A DNA stretch of 64,000 bases. Source: Zancudomyces culisetae HAW-14-8 (taxonomy: Eukaryota; Fungi; Kickxellomycota). Below the pieces are notes generated by a model, which was not told the origin of the DNA, made no database searches, and saw nothing but the letters and a program-made list of their open reading frames with translations. Shown piece by piece: positions 39,153 to 53,249 of this stretch; position 1 is the first letter of the stretch, and each line of letters begins with the position of its first letter. The translations under genes were made by a program, and so were the position numbers. The stretch covers positions 930,001 to 994,000 of the forward strand of contig JBNJNM010000015.1 of assembly GCA_052426225.1 (NCBI GenBank), given 5' to 3'.

Positions 39153-41340
39153 TTACCAAAGTCGAGTAATAACAGGAACAGGGTTGGATTTGTAGTGTTT
39201 GATGACAGCCTCACCCTTTTGGATTACAGACTCAGAGTCCAAGCCAAAGTATTTGTACAGGTGTTCAGCTTTAGCAGAGGCACCGAATGTATCAATACCG
39301 ATAGGGTGGTGAGCATATTTGTACCAGAGAGGAGTAGCCATGGCTTCAACGGATACAATTGGGACGTTTGGAGGAAGGACTTGGGCCTTGTATTCGGCGG
39401 ATTGCTCGTCGAACAGCTGGGTACATGGCATAGATACAACGCGAACATTGTGACCCTTAGCACGAAGAGCTTCAGCGGCGGTGAGACAGAGAGATACCTC
39501 AGAACCAGTTCCGATAAAGATGAGGTCGAGAGGAGCGTTTGAGTTGGTTTCGCTGAGGACATAGGCACCCTTGACGGCATTTTCAATGGAGGAGCCGGCC
39601 AAGTGGGGTACGTTCTGGCGAGTGAGAGCCATGACAGAGGGGCGGGTTGGATTGGTGAGGGCAGAGTAGTAGGCAGCGGAGGTTTCGTTTCCGTCAGCAG
39701 GACGGAAGACGAGGAAGTTTGGAGTGGTACGCAACATAGAGAGGGTTTCGATGGGCTGGTGAGTAGGGCCATCTTCACCCATACCAATGGAGTCGTGAGT
39801 CAGTATGTAGAGAACACGGAGTTTCTGGAGAGCACTGAGACGGGAAGCACCACAGGCGTAGCTGATAAAGTTAACAAAGGTTGAGGCAAAGGGAATGAGG
39901 CCACCGTAGGCAGCAATACCGTTACAGATGGCAGCCATTCCGTGTTCACGGACTCCAAAGTGGAAGTAGCGACCGTCGTATGAGCCCAATTTGGTATCTT
40001 CGTGCTGGAATGTCTTTGCACCCTTCCACAAAGTCAAGTTGGAGTGGGTCAAGTCGGCTGATCCACCAAGAAGTTCAGGGATTACTGGAGCAATGGCGTT
40101 CAATACTGCTTCACTGAGCTTGCGTGTAGCTACTGGTGGATCTGCTGGTGTGTATCTTGGCAAACTGCTTTCCCAGTTGGCTGGAAGTTCGCCACGGAGA
40201 ACTGTTCGTTCGAATTCGGCATAAAGCTCTGGGTGTGCGGCTTGGTACTTGGTCAACATTTGTTTCCATTGAGCCTCTTGGTTCTGGCCGCGTTGTGAGC
40301 ATTGATTGTAAAAGTCATAAACGCTTTCTGGTACAACGTATTTCTCAGGACCAAAACCAAATCTGGCCTTTACAGAAACAATGTCACTGTCACCCAATGG
40401 GGCACCGTGGACCTTCTCGGTTCCTTCTTTGGCTGATCCGTATCCAATTGTTGTTCTGATTTTGATCAAGGATGGTCTTCCTACTTCCTTGCGTGCGTTC
40501 TCTACTGCTGCTGCAATGGATTCTACACCACTATCACCATCGTCAACTGACTGTACATGCCATCCATATGATTCGTATCTCTTCATTACATCTTCTGTAA
40601 ATGCCAAGTCTGTAGAACCGTCAATTTGGATGTCGTTTGCATCATACAGTACTATCAAATTTCCCAACTTCAAGTGTCCGGCCAATGAAGATGCCTCTGC
40701 AGATACTCCTTCTTGCAAACATCCATCTCCTACAATACAATATACGGTGTTGTCGATCACCTTGTACTCTCCAACGTTAAATTTTGCTGCCAAGTGTCTC
40801 TCTGCAATTGCCATACCCACTGCGTTACATATTCCCTGTCCCAGTGGTCCTGTTGTTACTTCTATTCCTGGTGTTTCCAATCGCTCTGGATGTCCTGGTG
40901 TTTTGCTATGCAGCTGTCTGAACTGCTTAAGGTCATCCATTGACAGATCATATCCCATAAGATGCAAAAGTACATATTGCAATGCACATCCGTGTCCATT
41001 TGACAATACAAATCTATCTCTGTTAATCCAGTTTGGATCCTTTGGATTGGCAGTGATGAATCTGCTAAACAAAACGTGTGCCATTGGTGCACATCCCATT
41101 GGTGCACCTATTTATTTTATTTTATTTTATTTTAGTTCATTTCATTTTTGATTATGCCTTGCACTTTAGTATAGCTTCCATATAAACAAATTTCCAGCAT
41201 TCTTGGACCTTTGTATTTCTTGGATATACATGTAGTATTTCTATAAACTTACCTGGATGCCCGGAGTTTGCTCCTTGGACAACATCTGCTGCCAGACATC
41301 TGATTGTATCTATTGACAATTGATCGATTTCGCTAACCAT
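39153..41340 (-). CDS. TKL1: Transketolase; 2 exons (41340-41253, 41107-39153)
   Basis: Spliced [30 protein letters not shown] motif, [16 protein letters not shown]. Confidence 0.97.
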
Positions 41341-44300
41341 TTTTTTTTTACTAAAGATAAAGCTATTCCGGAGACTTTAAAATATCCCTGTTTTGTTAGA
41401 TTTGGCCTTTTTTGTTTTCAAAAAAAGAAAATATATTCATGGATTATATACCGCTTTTCATGAATTGTTTGGTATTTTGATGATTAATGCACAACAAAAT
41501 TCATCGTTATTTTTCCATCTGCGCCGCTTTGCTTGATTTGGCTTTTTTTTTTCTGTCTCCTCTCATCCTTCACCTCCTTTCCCCTCCCCCTCCCTCTTCC
41601 CCCCCCCCCTCCCCTAGACTCCGCTTCCCTCACCAGAGGTACTTTTTGATTTTTTGATTTGTCAGTAACAAATTCTGCCATTCAAAACGAAAATTTTTTT
41701 TTGTGAGTTTTGGGATAATACTCGCCCTTTTTGTTATTATCATGTTTGGGGGCTATTATTGACGCATTAATTCTTTTAATAATCCTAAATAATAACATGC
41801 GCATTCTAATATAATATTAGATAATATTCAGGTTAAAAAAAGCAACTTCATTTATTGCTTGAAAATATGTGCAGCGAATAAAACCCCAATAAATAGATTT
41901 CAATGTATCGATGACTAAAAAAAATTAAAAATTCATACTGCGAAATAGTCTTTTTGTGTCCCCCCCACCCCCGCCTATTTTTTTACTCTAGCATTTCTCT
42001 CTAATTTTACGCCTTTTTTTACCTCAACCTTTCACCTCTATTTTCGGCTATTTTTTCTTTTTTTTTTTACCTCAAATGGGAATAAAATTCAACTTACAAA
42101 GAGCTGAGAGTAACATGACACCTTTGCTTACAAATTTGGCAAAATGGATTATTAATGTGGAACTTCTTGGAATAAGTGATATATGTATGTTTTCAAAACT
42201 CTACACCAACCTCTTGCCTCGTATTTCTTTATAACAAAGCCTAGTAAGCGCTAGGGCCCATCGGTAGCCTTGCTTTCTTCCTCATCTGTGTAACTGAGAA
42301 AAGGGGGAGGTATGTGTGTTGTAAGCTTATAGGTATAATAAACCTATCTCTAATTCCTACCTGGTTCTTCCCCGCTCTATGCTTCTGAATGATCGGTGCT
42401 TTATTTCTTTTGTAAATAAAACCCAGCACTTCGCTTCACTCTTACTTAAATCAACCCTTCATCTTCACCCTCCTCCTATTCCGCACCTTCAACCTTTATT
42501 ACAATAAACTACATTTTTTCCACATCCCACAAGTATTACACCCTTCCCCATTTCTACCAAATGCCCTGTGGTCGACGGAATTTTAACAAAAATGAATACA
42601 CAGAAATGATATGGTCGTGTGGGTAGCTCTAGCATACATACACTCCTGGTTTGGCTATCTACCCCTATGCAATAATCAGCTTGATAATAAAACCATATCA
42701 ACTCCTCCTCTTTCCTCTCTCCTTACTATTCAAATCCATGACATTTTCTTTTGAGTGCACCCAAAAAGAAACTATTAGAACCATTACAACACCATTTTCC
42801 TCATATCTTGACTAGGATCCAATTATCGCAGACGAGTAGCATACTTCTTAGCTAATACCAGTAAATCACAATGACAACCAATAAGGAAACTAACCCGTAG
42901 ATCCGGCAACCAGTATCCACTCTGTTATCTTTTTGTAATCTTATCTGCTCTTAATCTGCACACAAACATAGAAATATGCTTTATTCTCTTGTAACGTTTT
43001 ATTATCGCATTTTTTTCTCTGCCTCTTTTTCTTTTTCTTTTTCTTTTCCCACATTGGATTTGTTAGGTTGAATGTTATTGAACCTGTATGTAACGAACAG
43101 GAAACGAACCTATATATTGAGTTTAGCCTACATACAGGGGGGAGTGGTGGAGGAAATAATAGCCTGTTCATGATATCTAGGCCAATCGAAGTTATTAAGG
43201 CGCCTGTTTTCAAGTAAACCCTCCTGTAATCGACCTCCATCAATATGTCTATCTATTAAATAATACCAATACCTGCGCTCAAATACACAATGTAAGATTT
43301 TTTCACTTTTGGCCTTTTGGCAAGCATCTAAAACTATTAAGGTCAATGGACTACCAAGTTCCAATGCAAATATTGATATGTGGGTGGCAGTACTTGCCAA
43401 ATTGCCATTGGTTTGTTTCGTTTTCTTGAAATTATGTCGATCTCCACCGAGTTCAAAGCTATTTTACTAACACCAACACAAATTCACGGCATTAAAGATC
43501 CTCCCTGTATTTGGTAATAGCGATTCACACTTCATTTTTCTGATACATGATTTTTTATTTTGCTATTTATTTGGTAAATCAGAAACTACATTTCAAAATA
43601 CCCAAATATATAATCTTAATAATACTGTAGGAAATAATCCTCCTCTGCTTGTAAAAAAAAAACTAAAACAAAAAATGAGCGGAGCCAGAGATCTCAAAAC
43701 CCTGTGCCATCTTCTCCTGTGTATATACGCACGGGAATGAAACTTGTATTTCGACTCAACCTCTACCTACTCCTTCTTATTCACCATTGTACTTTTGATG
43801 GCTCTTTTGTTGGTATTTGGTATCTTACAATTGTTACAATTACAAACCAAATAGTAGTGGTTGGATCTTTTCCTATGCTCACACTTTTCTTGAGATAACA
43901 TTGTTTTTCGCTTGTATCTAGCTATCACAGTGCTATATTGATGGCTTACTGCAACTCTGTTCTATTGGGTAAAAGCGCACCGTTATAGTTGAACAAAAAT
44001 ATTATGTATATGTATATTTTATCCAAAGCTATGACCACTCTACAGTTGAACCTACAGCTTGGTCTGTGTCAGCTCACACAAACAGACATGGATAGGGAAA
44101 ATGTACGTTGATATACAGCATACTTGGCAAACTTACCCTGTTTTACAAAAGCGCTAACTATACCGTCTAGTGGTTTGACAAGTTTTTCTTACGCAATATG
44201 TATACACCCTATGTATCCTGACAAAAAAATCAAGTGATAAAATGTAAAGTTATTTTTTGTAGTAGTTTAGCCAGAAACAATTCTAATGATGTTTTTATAT

Positions 44301-45629
44301 ACTTTTTACATGCTTTGCTACCAAATACATTGTTTCTTTTTTTTTTTGGATTGATTTCCGCATCATTTTTGTTAGTTAGCTTTTTACATTAGAACAAATA
44401 CCTGTTTTACCTGAAAGGGCTTGAATTTACTCATTATTCCACAAAAGCGATAAAAAAAACAAAAAAAACAATAGCAATTAAAGGAAACAAGCAGTCATAA
44501 AGCCAGCACACAGTCAGATGCATGTTTATTAATATTATCTGCGTATATGCAATTCATAGACCTTTTAAAATGATCAAAAAGTTTTCCTTGTCACATAATT
44601 TCGTTAGTTGTAAATCACATTAGATATGGCCAGTGAAAATCGGTTGAATTACCTGGCCGATGAAGCTTGTTGCTTCAATAAAAAGTTTGTTCTAGCTAAC
44701 ACCAAAATTGCCAATAATTACTCAAAAAAAGAACCTCCCACTGAAATACGTTGCTCCGAGATGAGGAACAATAATGATTCATCCTCCCCTCTCCAACTCG
44801 CAATTTGTTTCATAGAGGAGTCTTCTTTTGAGATGATATAAAACTTGCTATAAAATATTGATTAGGTGTATTACGTGCCTTTAGAACCATATTTAGCTTG
44901 CAACAGTGCACAGCTAATTTCAGATTATACCAACTTATCCACCCCTCTTAAAAATAAACATATATATACTGAATGAATTTTCAAAGTAGAGTAAGACCTG
45001 CTCTTTTCCATATGTTAATCATATGTTTCTTATTGAGAGACAAGCCATATATTTCCTATTATCTACCATTTTGTTTCAGTTATATAGTAAGAATTCTTAC
45101 ATCCTAACCCCCTCCCCACATCGGCTTCGGAAGGTTCGGAGGCGCATAAGAGGAGAGGGCTAGAAAAACAAGGCCAAACAAGTCAAAGTCACCATATTTA
45201 TGCTAAGTATGCGTAACAGTTGCATTTTGGGGAAGTAGGGGAGGGGGTACTACTGGTTTCGGATGAGTGCGGATTATGTTATTCGATGATAAGATGATGT
45301 GATATTGTTTTTTATTAGGTGGTTGAGAAGAATGACCAACTGGAAAAAAAAATATTGTATACTATCACCCCAAAACTTACTCCCTTCCAAAAGCCCACTA
45401 AAAAAAGACAGCTTACCTTGACGTGGATTACACCAAATTCTTGTCTATTAATGATGAGACTGTTATGAAGCTGAAATGGTTGGCTCAACTGTAAACTATA
45501 GTTTACCCCATCTAACATCCTCTATTTCCCAAAGAATTTAATTTGTATAGAAGAAAGATATATACTACAATTGTGAATCATACCATGAGGCCAAACGCAA
45601 CAAAAAAAAATCTACTGCCAAACAGTTAG

Positions 45630-46187
45630 CTACACTTCAAAAAATTCAACTCTATAAACCAAGTTGGTGCCATTTATCTCAATTTGTTCAGCTTTGACTT
45701 GCTCTCTCTGAGCTTTTATCAAGATATACATTTTATCATTAAGAACTATTTGTGTAGAGTCGAGTACCTCTGCTTTTACATCTATTATTTCGCTACTCCC
45801 ACCTGTGATCCCTTTTATTTTCATCAAAATCGTATGTAGCCCAAAGTTAGATGCGCCAAGTACCTCGAATCGAACAAGAATCTGAGCAGAGTTTATTATT
45901 ATTTTACTTAGTGTCACCCCTTCAACTACAATCTTTTGGGAGTAGTATTTTTCCACGTCTTTGTCTAGTGGAAAATACAACTTGGCATACCTTTCTGTTG
46001 AAAAGTCAATAAAGCAAAGATAGTCTTTCAGTGACTCTTTAATAAGGTCAAGTTGAATCAAGGCGGGGTGGTTCTCATCGAATATTACATATACATGTCT
46101 GGGGGTACTATGTTGCTCGTCTTTCACGATATCCTTTTCGATAACCCATCGAATCGATTTTATTTGAGTCTTGGTTAAATCTGGCAT
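45630..46187 (-). CDS. Hypothetical protein, 185 aa, weakly reminiscent of a non-LTR ORF1 RRM region
   Basis: Intact ORF with aaaaaaATG context in a gene-poor interval; alternating beta/alpha pattern; no zinc knuckle. Confidence 0.45.
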   Translation of the reverse strand: MPDLTKTQIKSIRWVIEKDIVKDEQHSTPRHVYVIFDENHPALIQLDLIKESLKDYLCFIDFSTERYAKLYFPLDKDVEKYYSQKIVVEGVTLSKIIINSAQILVRFEVLGASNFGLHTILMKIKGITGGSSEIIDVKAEVLDSTQIVLNDKMYILIKAQREQVKAEQIEINGTNLVYRVEFFEV

Positions 46188-48344
46188 TTTTTTGTCTAAG
46201 AAACTGTGGTTCTTCTGAAGGTATACAGCTCGATCTCGCTTAAAAGTGGGTTGGTATATCAGCCAGATAAAAACTATGCTTTTTTATAGTAGATATAATT
46301 AAAAAAGGAATGTCTTTTGTACGACTAATATATTCTGTAGGGAAACAAAAAGCATTGACAGAGGGGAAAATTTTTTTTAGATTAGCAAGATTTCGTTAAT
46401 TTTTCTGAGGTGGCTGAAACTTGATATGATGGAGCTATGTGGTAATTACAAAAACCAATGCTTATGCTCCAATGTTTTCACTTTTAGACGTGGTATATCA
46501 TAAGTATTCTGGAATAGAGGAAGTATAGAAAAAAGAAATAAGATAGAATTATTTGTTTGTTGATGGTTTTACTTTATTTCTTTTTTTTTTTTTGCTTTTT
46601 GATCCAATATTGTGTTTTTGATCTGGTTAAACACATCCTGAAATGTTTTTTAAATAATGCTTAACAGTGATCACGGGAGCAGGCTAAAAATACAAAAACT
46701 AAAATTGTAATGAAAGCGATTCAAAAAGTGTTAGCTACCTTCGCAGTTTTTCAAGTTGTACACTGAAAAAAATCTGTTAACCTTTTTTTTTATAGCAAAG
46801 TAATAGCAGGATTTGGATGCAGTGCTTCAACGTGTTGAGATATCGTACTTGCGTTTATAGCCAAAACTCCCTTCAAAAAAACAAAAAAATAGTACGGAGT
46901 CACATTTAATGGTAGTTATAGGCAGTTGCATACACGAGTAATGCACCATTATTAGCAAAAACACACATAGGGTGTACCATGCCCGGTGTAGAATCAATGT
47001 CCATGTAGGGAGAAGTATGGTGCGGTTACGAAAATAACATTTCTTGAGAATAAATGTATTTGTTTATTCAGAAATGTATAGATATCAGCATCTTATTGCA
47101 AAAAATGTTTTCTTGGATTGGTTTTTATCTAATTATTTTTGTGAATATGTCGTAAAAAAAGTTATATTCTAAAATGTAACAAGTAATCGTTATTGTGGTA
47201 TTTCGAAAGCACATAGTAGTGGGCCAAGAGTTTTTTATTTTTTGCACACATTACTCATACTCTCCATTAACATTTTCAAGCCTTAAACACATTCTTGACG
47301 GTTTTCTTTTGTGTAAATATTTAAAAACGTTTTTGTAGAAAAACATGATGGAAAAATGACAAAATATTTAGCAATAAAACTAAGGATAATCAGAGCCATA
47401 CCCCATTCTTTTAAGTTTGCTAAAAATGAAAAAAGGGCGGAACTAAAGTTTATCTGAAAAGTGGCATTGATGGAGTATTAAGCATCTACTAGAGCCACTA
47501 ATAACCGTATAGAAACTAATTTACTCACTAGATATCAGGTAACTTATTTATTTGAGTTTGTGCATATATATGGTGCCCTTTCAAGCAGGTATGTTGTATA
47601 CATGTGACGAGAATTCTGTCCAAGTATGCAAAAGAATGTGTTTTAAAATAGCATATTTGATACATATTCTATTTCGAATAAAATTACGGAAAAAAGCTCC
47701 AAAATGCCAACTAATTTTACACAAAATAATAAACCTAAACAATTCTCAGAACAATGGCTCGAATAGTTCTATAATTAAGTATATAAACATATTTACATAA
47801 GAAAAACAATAGTCTAGGAGGGGAAATAGAAATAGAGGATGAATACACCCGCAAAAGTATAGTAGCTAGCAACGAACCCGAGTGATAGGATTGAACCACA
47901 ATATTGGAGTTCACAATAGAGATCACTACAGTTAAGATAAAATTCGGGAAAAAATAAAATTGTGGTGGGGCAAACAAACAATCAAAAAACAACTACCGAA
48001 AAAAAAAGCAAAGAGATAGATAGGCATTCTGTTTTGTATATTAGCTTGGAGAAGCACTTTTTTGTGAGCTACAGCTATTTACTTGTAATTTAGGAGATAT
48101 TTGATCAAAGGAGCGAATTTTTGAAAGTGAAACGCTGTATATGGTAGCTTCGAAGTACTTGGACATTTTCTACACTTTATATCACAAAAACTAGGAATTG
48201 AGGATTCTGGTAATACAAATCCTAAAAATAAAAACCAAAATTCGGTAGTGCATTCAAAATAGTACCACTAGAATATCAAAAAGCTAAACCAAGACGTTTA
48301 ATCTCAGGAGCAGCATACAATAAGCGAAATTTAAAAACAGAAAA

Positions 48345-50379
48345 ATGACATATGATATCCAAAAGAAACACGAGAATTCGAAGGCATATGAAAAGATGTA
48401 TCCATTGAAACAAAAAAAGGGTGACCACACTTTTCCCTTACAAGTGTTGATATACTCGTACTTGCTCCAAAATAACTATGAGAAAACGGCAGAAGTTTTT
48501 GCAAATTCGTGTAGGCTAGTGGATCAAAGCAAAATAAAATCAGGAAATTTTCCTTCATACCTAACAGGACGCAATAGCAGTAGTTATATAGAATATCCAG
48601 CATTAAAGAAGATGCGCGGAATCAAGGAAACCTCTGGGGTCGAGACAAATGAATCCTACCTATCTAGGGAGTTCGGTACTGAGGCGATAAAACAAGAAGG
48701 GTTACCACACGGAAAGACTTCAGATCTCAGTGTAAATAACATAAGTAAAGAAGCAGAGGATGGTATGCAAACAGACAGCTCTGTTAGAGAGAAGCAGGTG
48801 AAGAAGCCTCATGGTAAGATACTTTCTTTATTGTCCCTAAATGACGAAAAATCGTATCCACACTTCGATCCCATATTCAATCAATTACAAACAACCGGAA
48901 ATAGATATATTTGACACTTCAACCTTGGGTGTTTTTAACATGGCAGAATACCAGTCTTATTTGCTAAAGGCTCGAAAAGGTACAGTTGAAATTTTACTTG
49001 TGTGTCTATTTTATTTTATCTTATGATTTTTTATCGTTTTGAGCTTAAAGAGAAGTATAAAAGAGTATCAGGTACACAGAAGAAAGAGGTATTGAAGTAT
49101 TCATATACAATATTATAACTCATCAATAGCTATTTGCGAGAGTATACACGTGGGAAACATAAAAGAAGCGAGAAGGCTGGCATACTTGCACTTTCCAGAG
49201 GCATTTTTTAATTTAAATGATATCTTTGGGTACAAGGCAAAAGCAGAGAACTACGTAGCAACAAAAATGCAAACTCTTAGTACGGAGGAACTTCTTGCAT
49301 TGGAGCCGGCATTTGCCCATGAAAACAGTTTGAAGAAGGTGTTACTCCGATATCGGATTGATACACAAGTATTTATTGAAATGATTAGGGAGGGAGACAT
49401 GGATGGGGCATTGAAATTTGCACGAAATACTTTGTCAGCATATAAAGAGCTACTGCGAATGTGGAATGAGATAGCAGTTTATTGTGGTAAGAATCAATTT
49501 ACTACTTTGGAGGTTGAAAGTAGTGTTAGGCCGTCAATATACTTACACATCTAAATAATTTTTTTTTGTAGAATCGATGGAGAATATACCACTATCACTA
49601 CTAGCTGAGATTAGATATAGATTTGTCAGCTCTATAAGTAAAAATGGTCACCAACATGGCGCAAAGTTTCCCCCTAACCATAACGGAAAAGGAAATTCCG
49701 AAAGTGGGATGGGTATTGGGGGAAGCAGTGTACCTAGACTTGACACTACGCGGATGGCACTCTGTAACGGGGGCTTTTCTAATAGCTTTTCACATCTAAA
49801 TGCACCATATTTTCAAGGCGACGCAAGCTCTTCAATAGATCCGAGCCTCGTCAACACTGTGGCTGTTTGTCCTATAAATAACTCTATTCACAAAAATGTG
49901 GTCAGTAGAATTGATTTCAAAATGGCGCTACTAGACATTGAAAATCATCTCACTGAGCTATGCTCTTTGCTTTTCTATCCCAGAATAAAGCATATCCCTG
50001 CTGGATCCTTTTTGGATCTCGAATATCGAGCCGAGCTTTCAGAGATTGTGAACAGTGCGATCCTAGGTAATTATTATTTGTACCATTATTGTGTTGTTTT
50101 GTTATTTTGAAAGATATACAAAGGTTTTGGTTAAAGCATACGATATATTGAAATCCTGCCAACAAATGTACATTCTAAAAACTTTTAGAGGAAATGGGGT
50201 TCCCTAAAGAACCAGTGCTGGCAAAACTAATCCGCCAAACCCATACTGTACTCAAAACATATGCAAACCTGGGCTCTACAAAACCGGGATCTAAAGATAT
50301 AAATTTGGTAAATTTTCTCGACATGAATGTGCAATATCCAATTACTGAGCAACAGTCAGCACCACCTGTACAGGAGTGA
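48345..50379 (+). CDS. LisH-CTLH-CRA protein (GID/CTLH E3 complex subunit, Gid8/RanBPM-like); 5 exons (48345-48813, 48905-48979, 49130-49486, 49572-50066, 50189-50379)
   Basis: LisH 'LIYSYLLQNNYEKTAEVF', CTLH 'RKAICESIHVGNIKEA...QVFIEMIR', CRA 'RAELSEIVNSAIL...EPVLAKLIRQ'; all junctions are GT-AG and in phase. Confidence 0.82.
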
Positions 50380-51634
50380 GATGGTTAGATATGCTTTCCA
50401 GTCTTCTCAGATACTCAAAACGGCGACCATATACAACGGACTCAAAAATGAGTGCGCGAAAAATGGAAACCTGGCAAAGCAGCCGCCAGACAACACTAGT
50501 TGCGATAGTTTTTTGCATTTTGATTTGGTTCTTTACAGAGTAGACTAGCCTCAGATACCGTTGTAGTCTATAATAAATGCTTTCATCAAGAGACACACTC
50601 ATTTGCGAACCTTTAAAGCATTTGATTATGTTTATCATCATTGGCTATAATTATTTAGAAATTGATTTTTGAAGGTTTTTAAGGTTGATGGGTTCAGGAA
50701 CTCAAGAATTAATTTACCTTTGGATTATGGGGAATCAACGAATTTACTCATCTAAAACACACAACTTTTGAAAATGTGAAATTGAAGCTAAGTGAGCGAA
50801 AATAAAATAAAATGATGGTTTTTGTCACAAATAGAAAATAAAACAAACTCTTTTATAACCAGAATCAAGCAGACCAAAAATATTTGCTCGTTTAACTAGT
50901 GGAAAAGACGCAAGTGACTCTTATGGATGTGGACTAGCTCTGTGAAGCTCATTTGCAACATACTGTAAAAATGGAGTTGTAAGATACAAAATCATAAAGC
51001 ATAGCTGTTGAGAGTTAGTATTTTTGATTTAAGGAAGGATGAAAAAGCTTTTAACAGCGAGCTGGTATATCATACGCAAATATTGCTGCTAAAAAAATAT
51101 TACTGGTTGCTTATGGATATAGGGTAGAGCAAGCATAGAACAGAGCTATATATAATTTCTATTATGCATAGTGTTACACTTTGAAGGTCATTCTTGTTTA
51201 ATTATTATCTTGAGCCTTTCCCTTTTACTATTCGGATATACTTGATTTTTTCTATTCCTATTTTGCAACAGTGAGTGATTGAGATGCATATTATTATTGG
51301 TTGGATCTCAAATTCAGCAAGAAAAGTAGGTAGATTGAGGGGAGGGGGAGAGTGAGAGAGATAGAAATAAGATCTCCCTAAACAATTAGAAGTTGGGAGA
51401 AATATAAAAAAAAGCGTACTCGAATTCACCAAATCACATCAATCAAATGAATTTCCAATTTCGGGCAAATAGAAAAATTTTTTAAAGTAGAAAATAAATA
51501 ACATTTTTCAAAGCTTAAGGAATACAACAAAAAAAAGAGGGATACAAAAGTTTTCATTATAGAATCCTTTTTAGTTAAGTTCTTGGTTTCAGGATTGTTT
51601 TCAAGCCGCAATAAAGTAGATCGAAAATAATAAG

Positions 51635-52262
51635 GTAAGCTATGGTTTTTTTTGAGGAGGGACAGAGCCTTTGATTATGGGAATTAAATTGAATCTGAAT
51701 CTTTGAAATCAAAAAGAATCCAAACTATTGAAATTATCGAGTAAAAAGAGATGAATACAAGATAAACAGATATGATGTGATTGGGGAAAGGAGTCGAGTT
51801 GGTTGTGTTCCGGATATACAGTGTAATACAAATGCAAAAGGGAAAACAAAACAGGACTTGTAGGTGGTTGGAATGTGTTTGGATACGAATAAGCCGAATA
51901 AAACAAAAATGAATACCTGTTGTATATATATTGTCGAATGATGGATTCAACTGGGGCATGCGTGTATATCTGGTTTCATTATTTTGTTTTTTGGATCCAT
52001 TATACATTGCTATTCGTATGTTTTGTATCTTTGAACCCCTATTCATTTAGTCAGTTTGCTACGTTGTTTTGGCTGCGCAAACGCATGATGTCTTGTTGTG
52101 TCAATATTGATGTTTGTGTGGGGCGTGTAGTCAACAAATTGCGTAGTTGTTGTGCGTTTTTATACTTACATCAAGCCAGTATCCTCATTATTTAAAAGTA
52201 TGGTTAAAAAACTAGGAGAAAAGCCTGCACAATTACTAATATGCTGAACTAATTATTGATAG
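51635..52262 (+). other. Predicted long (628 nt) 5'-UTR intron of RPS0
   Basis: AAG|GTAAGC donor at 51635, TACTAAT/AACTAAT branch candidates, TAG acceptor 16 nt before the ATG. Confidence 0.55.
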
Positions 52263-52278
52263 CTAGCGAAAATACGAG

Positions 52279-53109
52279 ATGTCACACACTCCCGACGTTC
52301 TTAGAGCAACCGAAAACGATATACAACTTTTGCTTTCAGCAAAGTCACACATCGGATCACAAAATGTTGATTCACACATGACATCATATGTCCACAAGCG
52401 TCGTGCTGATGGAGTCCACTTGATCAACGCAGTTAAGACATGGGAAAAGATTGTACTTGCAGCTCGTATTATTGCCGGAATCGAAAACCCTCTAGACGTA
52501 TGCGCAGTTTCTGCTCGTCCATTCGGTCAAAGAGCCGTGCTTAAATACGCCAACAACACCGGTGCTCAGGCCATTGCTGGAAGATTTACACCAGGTAACT
52601 TTACTAACTACAACACCCGGCAATTCAAGGAGCCACGTCTGATCATTGTTGCTGACCCACGTGCTGACCACCAAGCCATCACTGAAGCTTCATACGTCAA
52701 CATCCCAGTCATTGCTTTCTGTAACACTGACTCACCACTGACCCACGTTGATGTTGCCATCCCAATCAACAACTCTGGTAAGCACTCAATTGGTTTGGGC
52801 TTCTGGCTCTTGGCTCGTGAGGTATTGCGTATCCGTGGATCCATCAAACGCACCGAACCATGGTCCGTTATGGTTGATATGTTCTTCTACAGAGACCCTG
52901 AGGAAGTTGAAAAGGAGGCCGAAACCGCTGCCGTTGAGAGCGCCGAAAAGACTGAATTCGATGCTAACTGGCAAACTGCCGAGTCTTCCAACTGGGAAGC
53001 CAAGCCATCTACCGGTGCTGCAATCACTGCCGGTGAGTGGGCTGCTGACAACACCACCGAATGGGCTGCCGATGATGCTGGTAACTCTATGTGGAACGCC
53101 CAAATATAA
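52279..53109 (+). CDS. RPS0: 40S ribosomal protein uS2 (S0/SA)
   Basis: [44 protein letters not shown], acidic Trp-repeat tail. Confidence 0.97.
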   Translation: MSHTPDVLRATENDIQLLLSAKSHIGSQNVDSHMTSYVHKRRADGVHLINAVKTWEKIVLAARIIAGIENPLDVCAVSARPFGQRAVLKYANNTGAQAIAGRFTPGNFTNYNTRQFKEPRLIIVADPRADHQAITEASYVNIPVIAFCNTDSPLTHVDVAIPINNSGKHSIGLGFWLLAREVLRIRGSIKRTEPWSVMVDMFFYRDPEEVEKEAETAAVESAEKTEFDANWQTAESSNWEAKPSTGAAITAGEWAADNTTEWAADDAGNSMWNAQI

Positions 53110-53249
53110 ATTTAGTTTTTTGCCCCATTACTCTTCTCTGTTTATTATTTTGTTGAAAGTTACATTTCTGCTCTTATTATTTTAATATATACTTTTAAAA
53201 ATTACGGTTATAAATACTAAATCGTTTTTTATGTCTCACTGGTAAATGT

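Noticed and set aside
42240-43560. Possible highly decayed non-LTR ORF2 remnants on the minus strand (ELGSP, GLDIMNRL, ATRL)
   Set aside because: Matches are too short to support without a profile search.
52076-52118. SECIS element or selenoprotein, considered because Harpellales are known to use selenocysteine
   Set aside because: The motif is 5' of a gene, lacks the long upper helix and apical AA, and I found no in-frame TGA in a recognisable selenoprotein family.
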